From the NCBI GenBank assembly GCA_963804165.1, contig CAWDPO010000017.1, positions 64,001 through 128,000 on the forward strand: a stretch of 64,000 nucleotides of DNA. Reading direction: 5' to 3'. The first letter of the stretch is position 1. Every line of letters starts with the position of its first letter. The notes beneath the pieces were generated by a model. The model had not been told where the DNA came from and did not search any database. It saw only the letters and a list, made by a program, of their open reading frames with translations. The DNA comes from an uncultured delta proteobacterium (GTDB lineage: Bacteria; Desulfobacterota; Binatia; UBA9968). Made by a program: the position numbers and the translations under genes. Of the stretch, positions 53,859-64,000 are shown piece after piece.

Positions 53859-55064
53859 GTGACTGTGGCAGATCAGCGTAAAGCTGCGCGCGCGTTGGAC
53901 GGGGTCAAGATTTTGGCTTTCGAGCAGGTGCTGTCGGGACCATTCGCAACCTGTTTGCTTGCCGACATGGGTGCGGAGGTCATCAAAGTCGAACGGCCGG
54001 GTGTCGGCGACGTGATCCGTTCTTGGGATTCGGTCGTTAAGGGATTGTCTTCCGGTTACGTTTGGCTCAACCGCAACAAGCGAAGTCTGACCGTCGACGT
54101 GAAAAAAGAAAAAGGGCGCGAGATTCTCCAGGAGCTGGCAAAGCAATCGGATATATTTTTCGAAAATTACGCGCCAGGCGTTGCTGGACGATTGGAACTT
54201 GGCTACGAAAAACTGAGCGAACTTAACTCACGGTTGATTTACTGTTCTCTATCGGGCTACGGCCAGGACGGTCCTTATCGCGACGTCAAGGCGTACGATT
54301 TACTGATTCAAGGCGAAGGCGGCATCATTGCTACGACGGGTTATCCCGACAAACCCGCGCGCGCAGGCATTGCGATCGCCGACATCGCATCCGGCATGTA
54401 CGCGGCCATCGGAATTCTTCTTGCGCTTTACCAGCGAGAAAAGACCGGCGCGGGACAGCTCATCGACGTTTCGATGCTCGACTCGATTGTCTCTTGGTTA
54501 GGCTATTTTCCCCATCACTATTGGCACGCCGGCGAAGAACCCGCGCGGGTCGGCATGCGCCACCACTACGTCACGCCCTACGGTCCCTATCTCGCCGGCG
54601 ATGGCGAGTATGTGAACCTCGCAGTGGCAAGTGCGTCGGATTGGGAAGTGTTTTGCAAGAAAGTCATCGAAATGCCGGAGCTACTTGAAGATCCACGCTT
54701 TGTCACCGTCGAAGGCCGGCGGAAGAATCGCGGACTCTTGGAAGAAACCATCGAAAACATTTTCTTGGAAAAAGATCACAAGCATTGGCTGGAACAACTC
54801 AAAAGAGCCGAGCTACCGCATGGAATCGTGCGCGGTATCGCGCAAGTGCTCGCGCATCCCCAGGTCGCGGCACGCAAGCTGATCCGCGAGGCTGAATCAC
54901 CGGTGGGTAAAGTTCCCGTGATCGCCAATGCGCTCAAAATGTCCGCCAGTGAGTCGCGCTACGAACGCATCCCTGCGTTGGGTCAAGACAATGAGGCGAT
55001 CCTGCGTGAACTCGGTTACGAAACATCGGATATCGACGTGCTGCGGCGCGATAAAGTTATTTAG
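53859..55064 (+). CDS. Family III CoA-transferase (CaiB/BaiF)
   Basis: LADMGAEVIKVE, NRNKRS, D.ASG. Confidence 0.92.
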   Translation: MTVADQRKAARALDGVKILAFEQVLSGPFATCLLADMGAEVIKVERPGVGDVIRSWDSVVKGLSSGYVWLNRNKRSLTVDVKKEKGREILQELAKQSDIFFENYAPGVAGRLELGYEKLSELNSRLIYCSLSGYGQDGPYRDVKAYDLLIQGEGGIIATTGYPDKPARAGIAIADIASGMYAAIGILLALYQREKTGAGQLIDVSMLDSIVSWLGYFPHHYWHAGEEPARVGMRHHYVTPYGPYLAGDGEYVNLAVASASDWEVFCKKVIEMPELLEDPRFVTVEGRRKNRGLLEETIENIFLEKDHKHWLEQLKRAELPHGIVRGIAQVLAHPQVAARKLIREAESPVGKVPVIANALKMSASESRYERIPALGQDNEAILRELGYETSDIDVLRRDKVI

Positions 55065-55163
55065 CAATAGATTCCTGTCTCCTTAGGGTTGATGCCTGCG
55101 ATGGAGCAGTCTTGCTCAATGCTTGTGGGGTTCGATCGGCGAACTTCATAGCGAATCCAAATT

Positions 55164-55715
55164 ATGTCTAAACCCCTCGTCGGAGTCATGGGCGCGTCGG
55201 CCAACGATGCGCTGACGAAGACCGACGAAAATCGGCTCAAGTCGCTTGCTAGAGCCCTCGGCGTGGCGATCGCGAAACGGGGCTGTATTCTCATCACTGG
55301 CGCGACTACCGGATTGCCGGATCTAGTTGCAAAAGCGTTTCGCAAGAATGGTGGCTTCGCGGTCGGTGTCTCGCCGGCGGAAAACCATCGCGAGCACGTG
55401 GGGCGCTACGGACTGCCTGAGGACGGGGCCGACGTGATGATTTACACCGGCTTCGGCTACAAAGGACGCAACGTCATCAATGTCCGTTCGGCTGATATCG
55501 TGATCATCTTCGGCGGCGCGACCGGGACGTTGAATGAATTCACTATCGCCTACGACGAAGGCAAAATTATCGGCGTGCTCGAAGGCAGCGGCGGGGTGGC
55601 CGATCATCTTCGAGAAATTATCGAGTTTTGCAACAAACCGACGTCAGGATCGGTTCTTTTTGGGAGCGATCCGGCAAAACTGATCGCGCGGTGTGTTCAA
55701 GCTTTCGGTTTTTAG
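55164..55715 (+). CDS. LOG/TIGR00725 family protein
   Basis: TGATTG, GRN, GATGTLNE. Confidence 0.85.
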   Translation: MSKPLVGVMGASANDALTKTDENRLKSLARALGVAIAKRGCILITGATTGLPDLVAKAFRKNGGFAVGVSPAENHREHVGRYGLPEDGADVMIYTGFGYKGRNVINVRSADIVIIFGGATGTLNEFTIAYDEGKIIGVLEGSGGVADHLREIIEFCNKPTSGSVLFGSDPAKLIARCVQAFGF

Positions 55716-55764
55716 CCGTCGGCAATTTGCGCGGCGCGGGCTAAGCGGTGGGTGCCGACTTGAG

Positions 55765-56334
55765 TCAAATCTTCTTTGGTCCTGTCAGGTATTCCTTCGC
55801 AAACGCTTTTAGCTGATTGCGGTTTAACCCACTCAGGCGGCCTTCTTCTAGTGCTTTTTCTTCGCTCCAACCCTGTTCGATGATGCGAAACATCATCATG
55901 AACGGTGCGACGCGCTCGGCGAAGGCGCAGTTGATCAGCATGGGGTGGTTGGCTGGGTCTCTAACGAGTTTCAAAAAATCGTCAACCTGTTTACGTCGCG
56001 GCAGTTTGGCGGCGGCGGGAATGTTAAAGTAGCGCAGCTTGTTCTGTTCCACCAGTAAACGCTCGCGGATGAGGTCGACGCCGTCTTTCGCCGACCGCAG
56101 GGTCAACACCGAGCGGTAGCCGTTGGCCGCGGCCTTCGCATAAGCCTGCGCCGAAGGTTGGCCGCCTTCGGTCGGCTTGTCGTCGATGCAGAGCACCACC
56201 GGTGCGTCAACTTGTTTTCCGAATGGTTCAAGTTGCTTTGACCGCGGTATTTCGCTTTGTTGAGCGAAAATCGTCGTCTGGAACAGCACAATGATCAACG
56301 TGGCGCTGGCGTACACTGAAATTAGCCTTTTCAC
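55765..56334 (-). CDS. Secreted DUF442/PTP-like protein (paralog 2)
   Basis: GGQP, LTLR, HPMLINCAFAER; start uncertain. Confidence 0.75.
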   Translation of the reverse strand: MKRLISVYASATLIIVLFQTTIFAQQSEIPRSKQLEPFGKQVDAPVVLCIDDKPTEGGQPSAQAYAKAAANGYRSVLTLRSAKDGVDLIRERLLVEQNKLRYFNIPAAAKLPRRKQVDDFLKLVRDPANHPMLINCAFAERVAPFMMMFRIIEQGWSEEKALEEGRLSGLNRNQLKAFAKEYLTGPKKI

Positions 56335-56425
56335 CTTTCGCTGCCGGTAAAGTGTTGGGGCGAACAGCAATGGAACGTAACCCCCGATGGTTGAAGTGAA
56401 ATACTCGTCGCGAGTCGAGACCATG

Positions 56426-56995
56426 CTATACGCGCTTTGGCGGGTGGCTCGCGATATAGTCTTTGGCAAACTTTTTCAGCCCGTCGCTGCTGAGGCCGAT
56501 CTTGATCGCTTCTTCCAAAGCCTTCTGTTCACTCCACCCCTGCTCGACGACGCGCAAGATCATCATGAAGGCGCCGACCCGATTGGCGCTTGCGCACTGG
56601 ACTAGCATTGGATGGTTGGCCTTATCGCGCGTCAAACGGAGAAATTCGTCGGCCTGCTCCGGCCGCGGCGACGAACTGTTAACCGGAATGTTGAAGTAAC
56701 GCAACTTGTTGCTTTCAACCTGCGCGCGTTCGCGCGCCAGATCGATGCCTTCGCCGGCGGTTCGCAAGCTCAAGACGGCGTGAAATCCGCTGGCAGCTGC
56801 TTTTGCATAGGCATCCCCAGTGGGTTGTCCACCGGTGGCGAAGTTTGTGTCCAAGCACAATATCCGTGGCACATCCGTGCTCAAGGACTTCTGGATCTGA
56901 TCGAGCCGGGCGCGCTCGGTTTTAACAGTTTCCGCTGCGCCGGCGCTCGCGATGTTGAGACTAAGGATGGCGATTAGGGTCAAAAACATTTTCAT
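56426..56995 (-). CDS. Secreted DUF442/PTP-like protein (paralog 1)
   Basis: Signal peptide, GGQP, HPMLVQCASANR. Confidence 0.8.
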   Translation of the reverse strand: MKMFLTLIAILSLNIASAGAAETVKTERARLDQIQKSLSTDVPRILCLDTNFATGGQPTGDAYAKAAASGFHAVLSLRTAGEGIDLARERAQVESNKLRYFNIPVNSSSPRPEQADEFLRLTRDKANHPMLVQCASANRVGAFMMILRVVEQGWSEQKALEEAIKIGLSSDGLKKFAKDYIASHPPKRV

Positions 56996-57018
56996 GCTGA
57001 TCGACCTCAACGATCGTC

Positions 57019-58017
57019 TTACAGCTTAAATAACCTCGCGGCGTTCTTGCCGAGAATCGCGATTTTATCCGAGTCGGAGCAGGGCGCCTGGCGAACCATG
57101 GCGAGCGATTCGGTCAGATTCGCCGCTGTCTTGCATTCAAGCGGGTAATCGCTGCCAAACATGATGCGGTCGGCCGTCGTGATATTAAACGCCGCCGCCA
57201 TCGCCGGCAGCCAAGCCCCGGTCCCCGCCGTATCGAAATAGAGACGTTGAAAAAGTTTTTCGAAGCGTTCGGTGAGGCCGAATTGCTTTTGCTCCGCTTG
57301 AGTTTTTAAGTAGCCTTTCATATCGGCGGGGATGTCAGCGTCTTCGGTTTCAAAAAAAGCCATCATGCGCCCCTTGAGCGAGGACGTGCCGCCGCCGAGG
57401 TGGGGCATGATGAAGCGCAGCTCGGGGTAACGCGGCAATACGCTGTTCATCACGCGCACGATCGCCTGAGTCGTTTCCAGCGGGCGAAACACGCAGCGGT
57501 CGAGATTATACAGAGTGTCAGAGCCCGTCGGCTTGGATTGCGGATGGATGACGATGGGCAAATTGTTCTTTTGGATAATTTCGAACAGCGGGTTCATGAC
57601 CGGATTATCGAGCTGGACGTCAAGATGGCAGGCCAGCAGGGCCACGGCGCGCAGGCCCAATTCATCCATACCTCGCTCGAGTTCGCGTTTTGCCGCGTCC
57701 GGCTCATGAACCGGTAGATGAATGCAGCCGCGGAATCGTGTCGGGTATTTTTTCTCGACTTCGGCGATGCCGTCGTTGAGCGCCTTGGCGACGTCCGCGC
57801 CCATGACTTGAACTTGATCCGTTAGGATGGACACGGTCACGCCAGCTTCGTCCATGCATTTCAAGTGCGCTTCGAGATCTTTACGCGACGGATGCAGCGT
57901 CAAGCTGATTTCTTTGGTGACAATGCGTTTGCCGCCCGCCATATTGGCGAGACGATCGAACAACATTGCCGGCATATAGTGATGGTGCACGTCGACGATA
58001 AGTTCTGCTGAAGCCAT
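57019..58017 (-). CDS. Amidohydrolase_2 (ACMSD-like decarboxylase)
   Basis: DVHHH, IHP, HLGG, YFDT, GSDYP. Confidence 0.9.
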   Translation of the reverse strand: MASAELIVDVHHHYMPAMLFDRLANMAGGKRIVTKEISLTLHPSRKDLEAHLKCMDEAGVTVSILTDQVQVMGADVAKALNDGIAEVEKKYPTRFRGCIHLPVHEPDAAKRELERGMDELGLRAVALLACHLDVQLDNPVMNPLFEIIQKNNLPIVIHPQSKPTGSDTLYNLDRCVFRPLETTQAIVRVMNSVLPRYPELRFIMPHLGGGTSSLKGRMMAFFETEDADIPADMKGYLKTQAEQKQFGLTERFEKLFQRLYFDTAGTGAWLPAMAAAFNITTADRIMFGSDYPLECKTAANLTESLAMVRQAPCSDSDKIAILGKNAARLFKL

Positions 58018-58117
58018 GCTTGGTATAGTCTCCTTGTCGCTGAGATTACTGCGCCAAAACTACGTGACGGCGTTCGTGACTGCAAGAGAGCGCATTACTC
58101 GGACCAGACTTGGGATT

Positions 58118-58834
58118 CTAAAGCGTTCGTCGCGACTCGCGCACAGGAGTGATGAAATAAGAAGCGATCAAGATGAATATCGGCGCAAACACGGCATGCA
58201 CGAAGAAATCCGCCGGCGTCCAGGCGTAACTTGCAGAATACGATGAGGCACAAGGCGGGCAGAGCCACATCAGCGGTCCGGACAAATAAAAAGAGTTGTG
58301 TACACCGCCGAACATGAAACGCTCGCCGAACAGGGCGATGGCACCGCCCAGCGCGAAAGTGCTAGAGATCACCCAGATGCGATCTATACTTTGGTTGTGG
58401 AAGCGAAAAAACAGCGCACCGACGAGAAACAAATAGATAAGGTAAAGCATTAGAATAAAGTGAAAGGGCTCAAACGCGGTCTCGTGAAAAACCGAATGCA
58501 GCCCGAAATTCTTGAAGATTTCAACTTGCTGTGGACGGTCCCAGCGGAAAAAAAGCGCTTTAGAGCCGAAATCCACCAGTAAAACACCGAGCAACAGGCG
58601 CACATAAAGTTTCGATTCTTCAGGCATCGGCTTTCGCCATCTGCCTCTTACGTGAAAATGGGGATGCTTCGTGATTAGCAGCCAACAGGCGGTAAACACG
58701 CCGGTCCAGATCAACGCGTCGTGGGTTGCCTGCGCCGCAGAGTCGCCGCTGTTTAACGCGGCGCCGAGCCAAAAAGGGGTGACAAGCGCCAAAACCAAGC
58801 CTAAAGAGTAGTACCGATCGAGGTTCGAAATCAT
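58118..58834 (-). CDS. Membrane protein with degenerate signal peptidase II (LspA)-like domain
   Basis: DFGSK, GGAIALFGER…GGVHNSF and WTPAD occur in LspA motif order. Confidence 0.6.
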   Translation of the reverse strand: MISNLDRYYSLGLVLALVTPFWLGAALNSGDSAAQATHDALIWTGVFTACWLLITKHPHFHVRGRWRKPMPEESKLYVRLLLGVLLVDFGSKALFFRWDRPQQVEIFKNFGLHSVFHETAFEPFHFILMLYLIYLFLVGALFFRFHNQSIDRIWVISSTFALGGAIALFGERFMFGGVHNSFYLSGPLMWLCPPCASSYSASYAWTPADFFVHAVFAPIFILIASYFITPVRESRRTL

Positions 58835-59021
58835 GACAGGTACCTGCCGGCCGTTTCGCTTATGTTAGCTTAACCAAGGCGGGGCAGGCAGGTTTGTTGG
58901 TTAATGCCAGCGACGGTCTGTATTTCCTCTCCACAATTCTTCCTACAAATGTGTAGACGCGATTGACGGCGCGCATCTTATAGCCTTCTCATCGTGTGGT
59001 CAATTCCGCAATCGATAGTCA

Positions 59022-59678
59022 TCAGATCGGTGAGGCCTCCAGCGAATGCAGGACGTCCATTGTCACTTCTTTCAACGATGAACAGATTCTCGTCGCTTTG
59101 GAAAAGTCGTGGTGACGGGTATAGTCGTTGGGCACGGCGATGCAGCGCATACCCGCTAGATAGGCCGCCATGACGCCCTTTTCCGCGTCTTCGAGGACCA
59201 GACATTTATTCGGTTCGACCCCGAGGTCATGGGCCGCTTTGAAAAAAATGTCGGGCGCAGGTTTGACCCGCAGCACGTCCAGACCGCTGACTATAACGTC
59301 AAAAAAGTGGGCCATCTTGAGACCGGCCATCACTCCATCGACAGCGTCCCGATAAGACGAGGAGGCGAGCGCGATCTTCAAGTTGCCGTGAAGTGATTGG
59401 AGCAATTCCAGCGCACCCTCCATCGGGCGTAAGGATGACGTTAATAGTTTCAAATAGTGTTCGGACTTGCGCAAGCGGAGCGCCTGGGGATCCAAGTCCA
59501 GACCATGCATCACCACCCAGTCGGCGATTCCCTTACCCGCGCGAACCCAGTGTTCGCAATAATCAGGTTCGCTGAGTTCGACGGCGTGCTCGGCAAACGT
59601 CATCTGATACGCGCGGCAATGGAGCCCTTCGGTGTCAGCCAGGAGGCCATCCAAATCGAATATTACGGTACTGATCAT
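59022..59678 (-). CDS. HAD family phosphatase (beta-PGM-like)
   Basis: DLDGLLADTE, KPAPD, ED…G. Confidence 0.9.
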   Translation of the reverse strand: MISTVIFDLDGLLADTEGLHCRAYQMTFAEHAVELSEPDYCEHWVRAGKGIADWVVMHGLDLDPQALRLRKSEHYLKLLTSSLRPMEGALELLQSLHGNLKIALASSSYRDAVDGVMAGLKMAHFFDVIVSGLDVLRVKPAPDIFFKAAHDLGVEPNKCLVLEDAEKGVMAAYLAGMRCIAVPNDYTRHHDFSKATRICSSLKEVTMDVLHSLEASPI

Positions 59679-59774
59679 TTTCGCGATTCGCAGTTCCTAT
59701 TCTAATTCTACCAGGTTTTCAGCGGCTTTCACCCGTCAATTTAGCGACGTTGAAAGCGAATCAAGAGATGGATT

Positions 59775-59810
59775 AAAAAAGGCCCGGGCTTTTTCAAGCC
59801 GGGCCTTTTT
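59775..59810. terminator. Intrinsic terminator hairpin
   Basis: AAAAAAGGCCCGG…CCGGGCCTTTTT. Confidence 0.8.
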
Positions 59811-59832
59811 GCTGCGTCAGGGGATCAGGTTG

Positions 59833-60351
59833 TTAAGAAGGTTGGCCTTGCGGAGTGCGGAAATGACCGTGGCGCGAGCGCACGAGCGTCTTCAATTGGT
59901 CTTGTTGCTGTGTTGATAATACCGAGCGGCCGTTATCGAGCGCTTCGACGCGCAAATAGCGCAGTTCGGATCGATACTTCTCGGCTTCCTGGATTTTGGT
60001 CTTAATCTGGATCAAGTTGGCCGGCGTCTGTTGCATCAGCGTGGCGATTTCCTTCTCGATACCCTGCACTTGTTGGTAGAGAGGGGTAACCTGGCTTTGG
60101 TAGTGGTTTTTGATCTTTTCCAAATTCGCCACCTGGTCATTCGTCAAGTTGAGCTCGGTTTTGTGTTTAAGAGCGATGGTGATCAGGGGTGCGCCACCCG
60201 TGAACGGGCCAATCATGCGATCGCCGCGGGCGAACGGCCTTTTCGTGGGCCCGGCTTCCTGTTGTCCCGCAACGACCGGGACGTTGACTAAAGCGCCGCC
60301 CGCCAGAACCGTAAACGCGCTGCCCAGGATTAGTTTTAGAACCTTGTTCAT
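59833..60351 (-). CDS. Spy/CpxP-type periplasmic protein
   Basis: Signal peptide; LNLTNDQ and VLSTQQ (LTXXQ) motifs. Confidence 0.8.
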   Translation of the reverse strand: MNKVLKLILGSAFTVLAGGALVNVPVVAGQQEAGPTKRPFARGDRMIGPFTGGAPLITIALKHKTELNLTNDQVANLEKIKNHYQSQVTPLYQQVQGIEKEIATLMQQTPANLIQIKTKIQEAEKYRSELRYLRVEALDNGRSVLSTQQQDQLKTLVRSRHGHFRTPQGQPS

Positions 60352-60514
60352 ATATACCCTCCTCAGGGGGTGTTAGATTTTAGCCCTTTAGACGAAGATC
60401 GTTGCAAAAAGTTTACTGATGCCATCCGTAAGGCGGAATGACCGCCTAAACGACCAAATCAGGCGAAATTCAAGCTTGTTCGAAGGTTATCCCTGGGGGG
60501 GAACGGGGCAGCAG

Positions 60515-61329
60515 TCACTTGTGCTTGGTCGCCGACTTGCGCCGGAGGGTGGTTCTCCGCGGGTTTTTCTGCGACGTGGAAGGTGGAAGATCCAATAGTC
60601 TGTCGAGCATCCGTGCCGGGCTAACCAGAAAATCATGTGTCACCTGATAATGCTCTGTCTGATAATAGTCGACCTGTTCTATTCCTTTGGCTGACAGGTT
60701 GTAAATTATTGCCTCGGGGTAGGCCATCAGAATAGGCGAGTGCGTTGCGATGATGAACTGGGAACGGTGGGTGACGAGATCGTGAATGCGCGTCAGCACT
60801 GCCAATTGCCGCTGCGGAGACAATGCGGCTTCCGGCTCGTCCAAGATGTAGAATCCCTCGCCGACGAAGCGGTTTAATAATAAAGCCATGAAAGATTCCC
60901 CATGGGACTGCTCGTGCAGTGATCGTCCACCAAAGTAATCGATGATGCGCGGACCGATGCCTTCCGAGTCCAGGCGTTCGATTTCAGTAGCGACGTTGAA
61001 ATAGCTTTCGGCGCGAAAGAAGTAACTGTCCGACGGACGGCGCACGCCCTTTACCAGAGTAACGAAGCGTCTCAGTTCGGAATGGGAGGGGCGCGCCTCA
61101 AAGAAAAAATTGCGCGATCCACCCTCAGCATTGAGCCCCCAAGCAATCGCAATCGCTTCCAATAAGGTTGACTTCCCCGTACCGTTGTCACCGACGATAA
61201 AGTCACCTTCGGGTGAAATTCCAGCGTGTGTAGGTGGCGTATGGCGGGCAGGCAGAAGGGATATTCCTTGAATGACCGCACCTCGTCCCGTTTGAGCTGG
61301 ATGGCTCGCACATACTGCGTTGCGATCAT
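60515..61329 (-). pseudogene. ABC/AAA-type ATPase (COG3910-like), one frameshift near 61200
   Basis: G.NGTGKST, SHGESF, LDEPEAALSP, ATHSP. Confidence 0.85.
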
Positions 61330-61550
61330 CGGATTGTCATCGGCCGATCGGGCTTATGTTGCGCAATCAATGATATAGCGAGGAATAGTTTCACTTTAAC
61401 GATGTTTCTCTGTTATCGTAGCCAATGTTCCACTGCGCTATGAAATATGTCAACGGTCTTTGACAGCGTTTACATAGCGATCAACTTGCATCGGTATTGG
61501 CTGCTCTATTAGACTCGGTTCGCGAGAACCTGGAGTCGGAGGAGAAAAGG

Positions 61551-62012
61551 ATGGAAATCGAAAACAGGCTCAAAGAATTGGGCTACGAACTGCCCAATCC
61601 TCCCGTCCCGGCGGCGAACTATATAGGCTATGTCAGGGTCGGTAATCTGCTTTTTATCGGCGGCAACATCGGCCGCATCAACGGTACGCTCAAATATCGC
61701 GGCAAAGTGGGCGATACCGTGACGCTCGAACAAGCCTACGAAGCTGCGCGCAACTGTGCCCTCAACCATCTTGCGATCATGAAGGCTGCGCTCGGTGATC
61801 TCGACAAAGTCGAACGCATCGTCAAAGTCTTGGGTTATGTCAATGTCGCGCCAGGATTTACCGAAATGCCGAAGGTGGTGAACGGCGAGTCGGATTTATT
61901 CGTCGAGCTTTGGGGTGAACAGGGCCGGCACACGCGCGCGGCGGTGGGCGTGGCATCTCTGAGCCAGCAATCGCCGGTGGAGACCGAAGTGATCGTGCAA
62001 GTGAAAGAGTAG
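61551..62012 (+). CDS. RidA/YjgF family protein
   Basis: PAANY, VNG.SD, HTRAAVG. Confidence 0.88.
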   Translation: MEIENRLKELGYELPNPPVPAANYIGYVRVGNLLFIGGNIGRINGTLKYRGKVGDTVTLEQAYEAARNCALNHLAIMKAALGDLDKVERIVKVLGYVNVAPGFTEMPKVVNGESDLFVELWGEQGRHTRAAVGVASLSQQSPVETEVIVQVKE

Positions 62013-62140
62013 GTGATTTCGTCGTCCGGCGTGACGGAGCATTAGAGTAACGAACTTCTTACCCGTGATCCAACCGGGAGCACAATTTACCGCTCCTTTT
62101 TTTGCCCGGGATGGCGCCGTACCCTTGAAGCAAGAACCGA

Positions 62141-62520
62141 TTAATACACGATACTCGCGCGCTTGATCAGATCCTGACTAATCCAGCCTTGTTTGGCGAA
62201 AAACTCGGAAAGGTAGCGCACAGCTTGATCGGCGCTAGCCGCGGCCATGCGAACGACATCGGAACTATTGCCATTAACTCCCGCCGCGACGACGCCGCCG
62301 GCACTTAATCCGAGGCTCAATCCGATCGGAACTGCAGTGCCAACCGGCACAGTAGCGGCGGCTCCCGGCATCGTCCCGCTATCGGCATTGGTCGCGAACT
62401 CCAAGACCTTTTGGCGTTGTCCGGCGGCAAAAACTTGCACGCGGGTGCTCATTGTTGATGCTCCCGACCCGAACCCAATCAACAGGCAGTGCAGCGGATT
62501 ACCTTCGTCGGCGCGCCACT
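62141..62520 (-). pseudogene. C-terminal remnant of a DUF4410-like lipoprotein
   Basis: DEGN…LIGFGSGAS…SG.MPG; no N-terminus or start seen. Confidence 0.6.
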
Positions 62521-62575
62521 GAACAAGCTTAGCAGATGGTAGGACTGGCGATCAAGAAATTTTCCCGCACACCCG

Positions 62576-62902
62576 TCAATCGTCAAGAGCTAACAACCGG
62601 TGCACGATCATCGCACTCGTCAAAATTAGCGCGACAGTCATGATCGCGGCGCCGAAGGGGGCGAGGGCGATGAATTCAAGCACGCCGACTGCGCTCACGG
62701 CCAATGCTGCGAGAGCTAGTTTGAGATAGAATTTCAGCGTGCCCCGGTGGTTTTTAGGCCTCCCGAAAAGCGTCCGCCGGTCAAACTCGGAAAAAAGCGG
62801 TTGATTGTTCCGCCAACGACGGAACTGAACAAACCTGACCGTGAACCACATCACAAAAATCAGTACGGGTACTTCCGATAGTAGGTATCCAAGTTTTTCC
62901 AT
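62576..62902 (-). CDS. Hypothetical membrane protein
   Basis: Three hydrophobic segments. Confidence 0.6.
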   Translation of the reverse strand: MEKLGYLLSEVPVLIFVMWFTVRFVQFRRWRNNQPLFSEFDRRTLFGRPKNHRGTLKFYLKLALAALAVSAVGVLEFIALAPFGAAIMTVALILTSAMIVHRLLALDD

Positions 62903-63127
62903 GGTGAGTTGGCGTCTGGTTGAGGCGCGTCTCCTTCGTTGCGTAATTTTCAGCACAATCCCCCCGCAAGCTTCCTATAAGAGTGTGCAATCCATGTCAA
63001 TCCCTCGCATTGCTTGGCGTAAATCGAGCCTTTAGGTGCGGAGGCATGGTTTGGCAATGGGAAACATTGTTACGCGACAGCCAGAGTTATACTTCGATAG
63101 CTCTTGTTCGCGACGTCATTGAATTGG

Positions 63128-63988
63128 TCAATTGCGATACTCCGCAGGCTGAGAAAGGACCTCGATGATGTCCGCAACGGTGGGAGCGGGGTCGGTCTGA
63201 TCCTTAAAGCCCGCCAACCGCTCGCAAAATTGGGCGGCGGCACGATGAAAACCGGTCGGTAGGCCGGCCGCTTCGAAGGCCGCCGCAATCTCATTCATCT
63301 CGCCGACGTAGCGCCATGCCTTAGGAACTGCTACGGCGGCGGCTCGGTCACATTTTTTCGCAAGTGCTGGTTGCGACACCGACCATTCATCGAGCAGCGC
63401 CTTTTCGACGCCTTCGTGGGCGGCGAATGAGCGAATCGCCAGAACCAAGACGTCGGTACACTTTGTCCACGCAGCATACGCCATTTTCAGCGCTGAGGCC
63501 GCGCCCGGTCGGTTGCCGATCGGTCGCGCGTCGAGCATGCTCGCGGCAAAAAGGCGGGCGATGTCTTCAGCGCGGTCACCGGAGAGATACAGCCGGGTCG
63601 TTCCGGCTTGCTTGACCGGTGAGCCGATGATGCCACCATCGACGAAGCTTGCGCCGGACTCGGTGACGATACCACCGATCTCCTCGGCCGTGGCGCGAGA
63701 CACCGCATTGGCATCGACGTAGACGCCGTGGAAGTTCATCGCCGCAACTTCCTTGGCAACATCTACCGCTGCGTGCGGCGGGCAGACGGATAAAACGACT
63801 TGGCTTTGTCTGACGGCGTCGTCGACGTTCACGATGTCCTTGAGACCTGCGTTGCCGGCCCGTTTGCGGGTAGCTGAACTCCGTCCGTTTGACGCCCAAA
63901 GCACTTGCGCGCCGCTCGTCGCGGCAGCGGCACCGATCGTTACGCCCATATTGCCGGGATGAAGGAGTGCGATTGTCTTAATATTCAT
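63128..63988 (-). CDS. NAD(P)-dependent oxidoreductase with DUF1932 C-terminus (6PGDH-like)
   Basis: HPGNMG, DANAVS, VDGGIIG, SALKM, AWRYVGEM. Confidence 0.88.
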   Translation of the reverse strand: MNIKTIALLHPGNMGVTIGAAAATSGAQVLWASNGRSSATRKRAGNAGLKDIVNVDDAVRQSQVVLSVCPPHAAVDVAKEVAAMNFHGVYVDANAVSRATAEEIGGIVTESGASFVDGGIIGSPVKQAGTTRLYLSGDRAEDIARLFAASMLDARPIGNRPGAASALKMAYAAWTKCTDVLVLAIRSFAAHEGVEKALLDEWSVSQPALAKKCDRAAAVAVPKAWRYVGEMNEIAAAFEAAGLPTGFHRAAAQFCERLAGFKDQTDPAPTVADIIEVLSQPAEYRN

Positions 63989-64000
63989 GGTCCGATCCTC

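Overview
Bacterial chromosomal window with no rRNA, tRNA or CRISPR array seen. The many amidohydrolases, orphan ABC substrate-binding proteins (SBPs), TPP enzymes and mixed REP-like palindromes suggest a Ca. Binatota/'Deltaproteobacteria'-type soil genome (inference). Bases 1-27 kb are a mosaic catabolic accessory region. It holds five IS91/ISCR-type oriIS ends (…TTCCT(A/C)TAC/…ATCCTATAC), four with an outward TTGACA hexamer and two still joined to a transposase C-terminus. Four of the five point into an intact gene; two of those reach it through the cut tail of an upstream gene, including a GC-rich segment SBP'-amidohydrolase-'MPIAKVHRISA that looks like part of a cyanuric-acid-hydrolase operon. 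The same region has 140-180 bp mini-elements with GGGGTCA/TGACCCC-type inverted ends, short stutter repeats at junctions, and four cases of a gene 3' end duplicated downstream in the same orientation. Bases 27-64 kb are mostly metabolic genes: paired TPP enzymes, FdhF/YdeP, ALDH, a CitE/MaoC/CaiB/acyl-CoA dehydrogenase module, DUF442 paralogs and a degenerate LspA-like protein. Dense frameshifts at about 33-34.5, 36.4-41.6 and 45-51.6 kb probably reflect sequencing error. All family assignments come from motif recognition by eye and need database confirmation.
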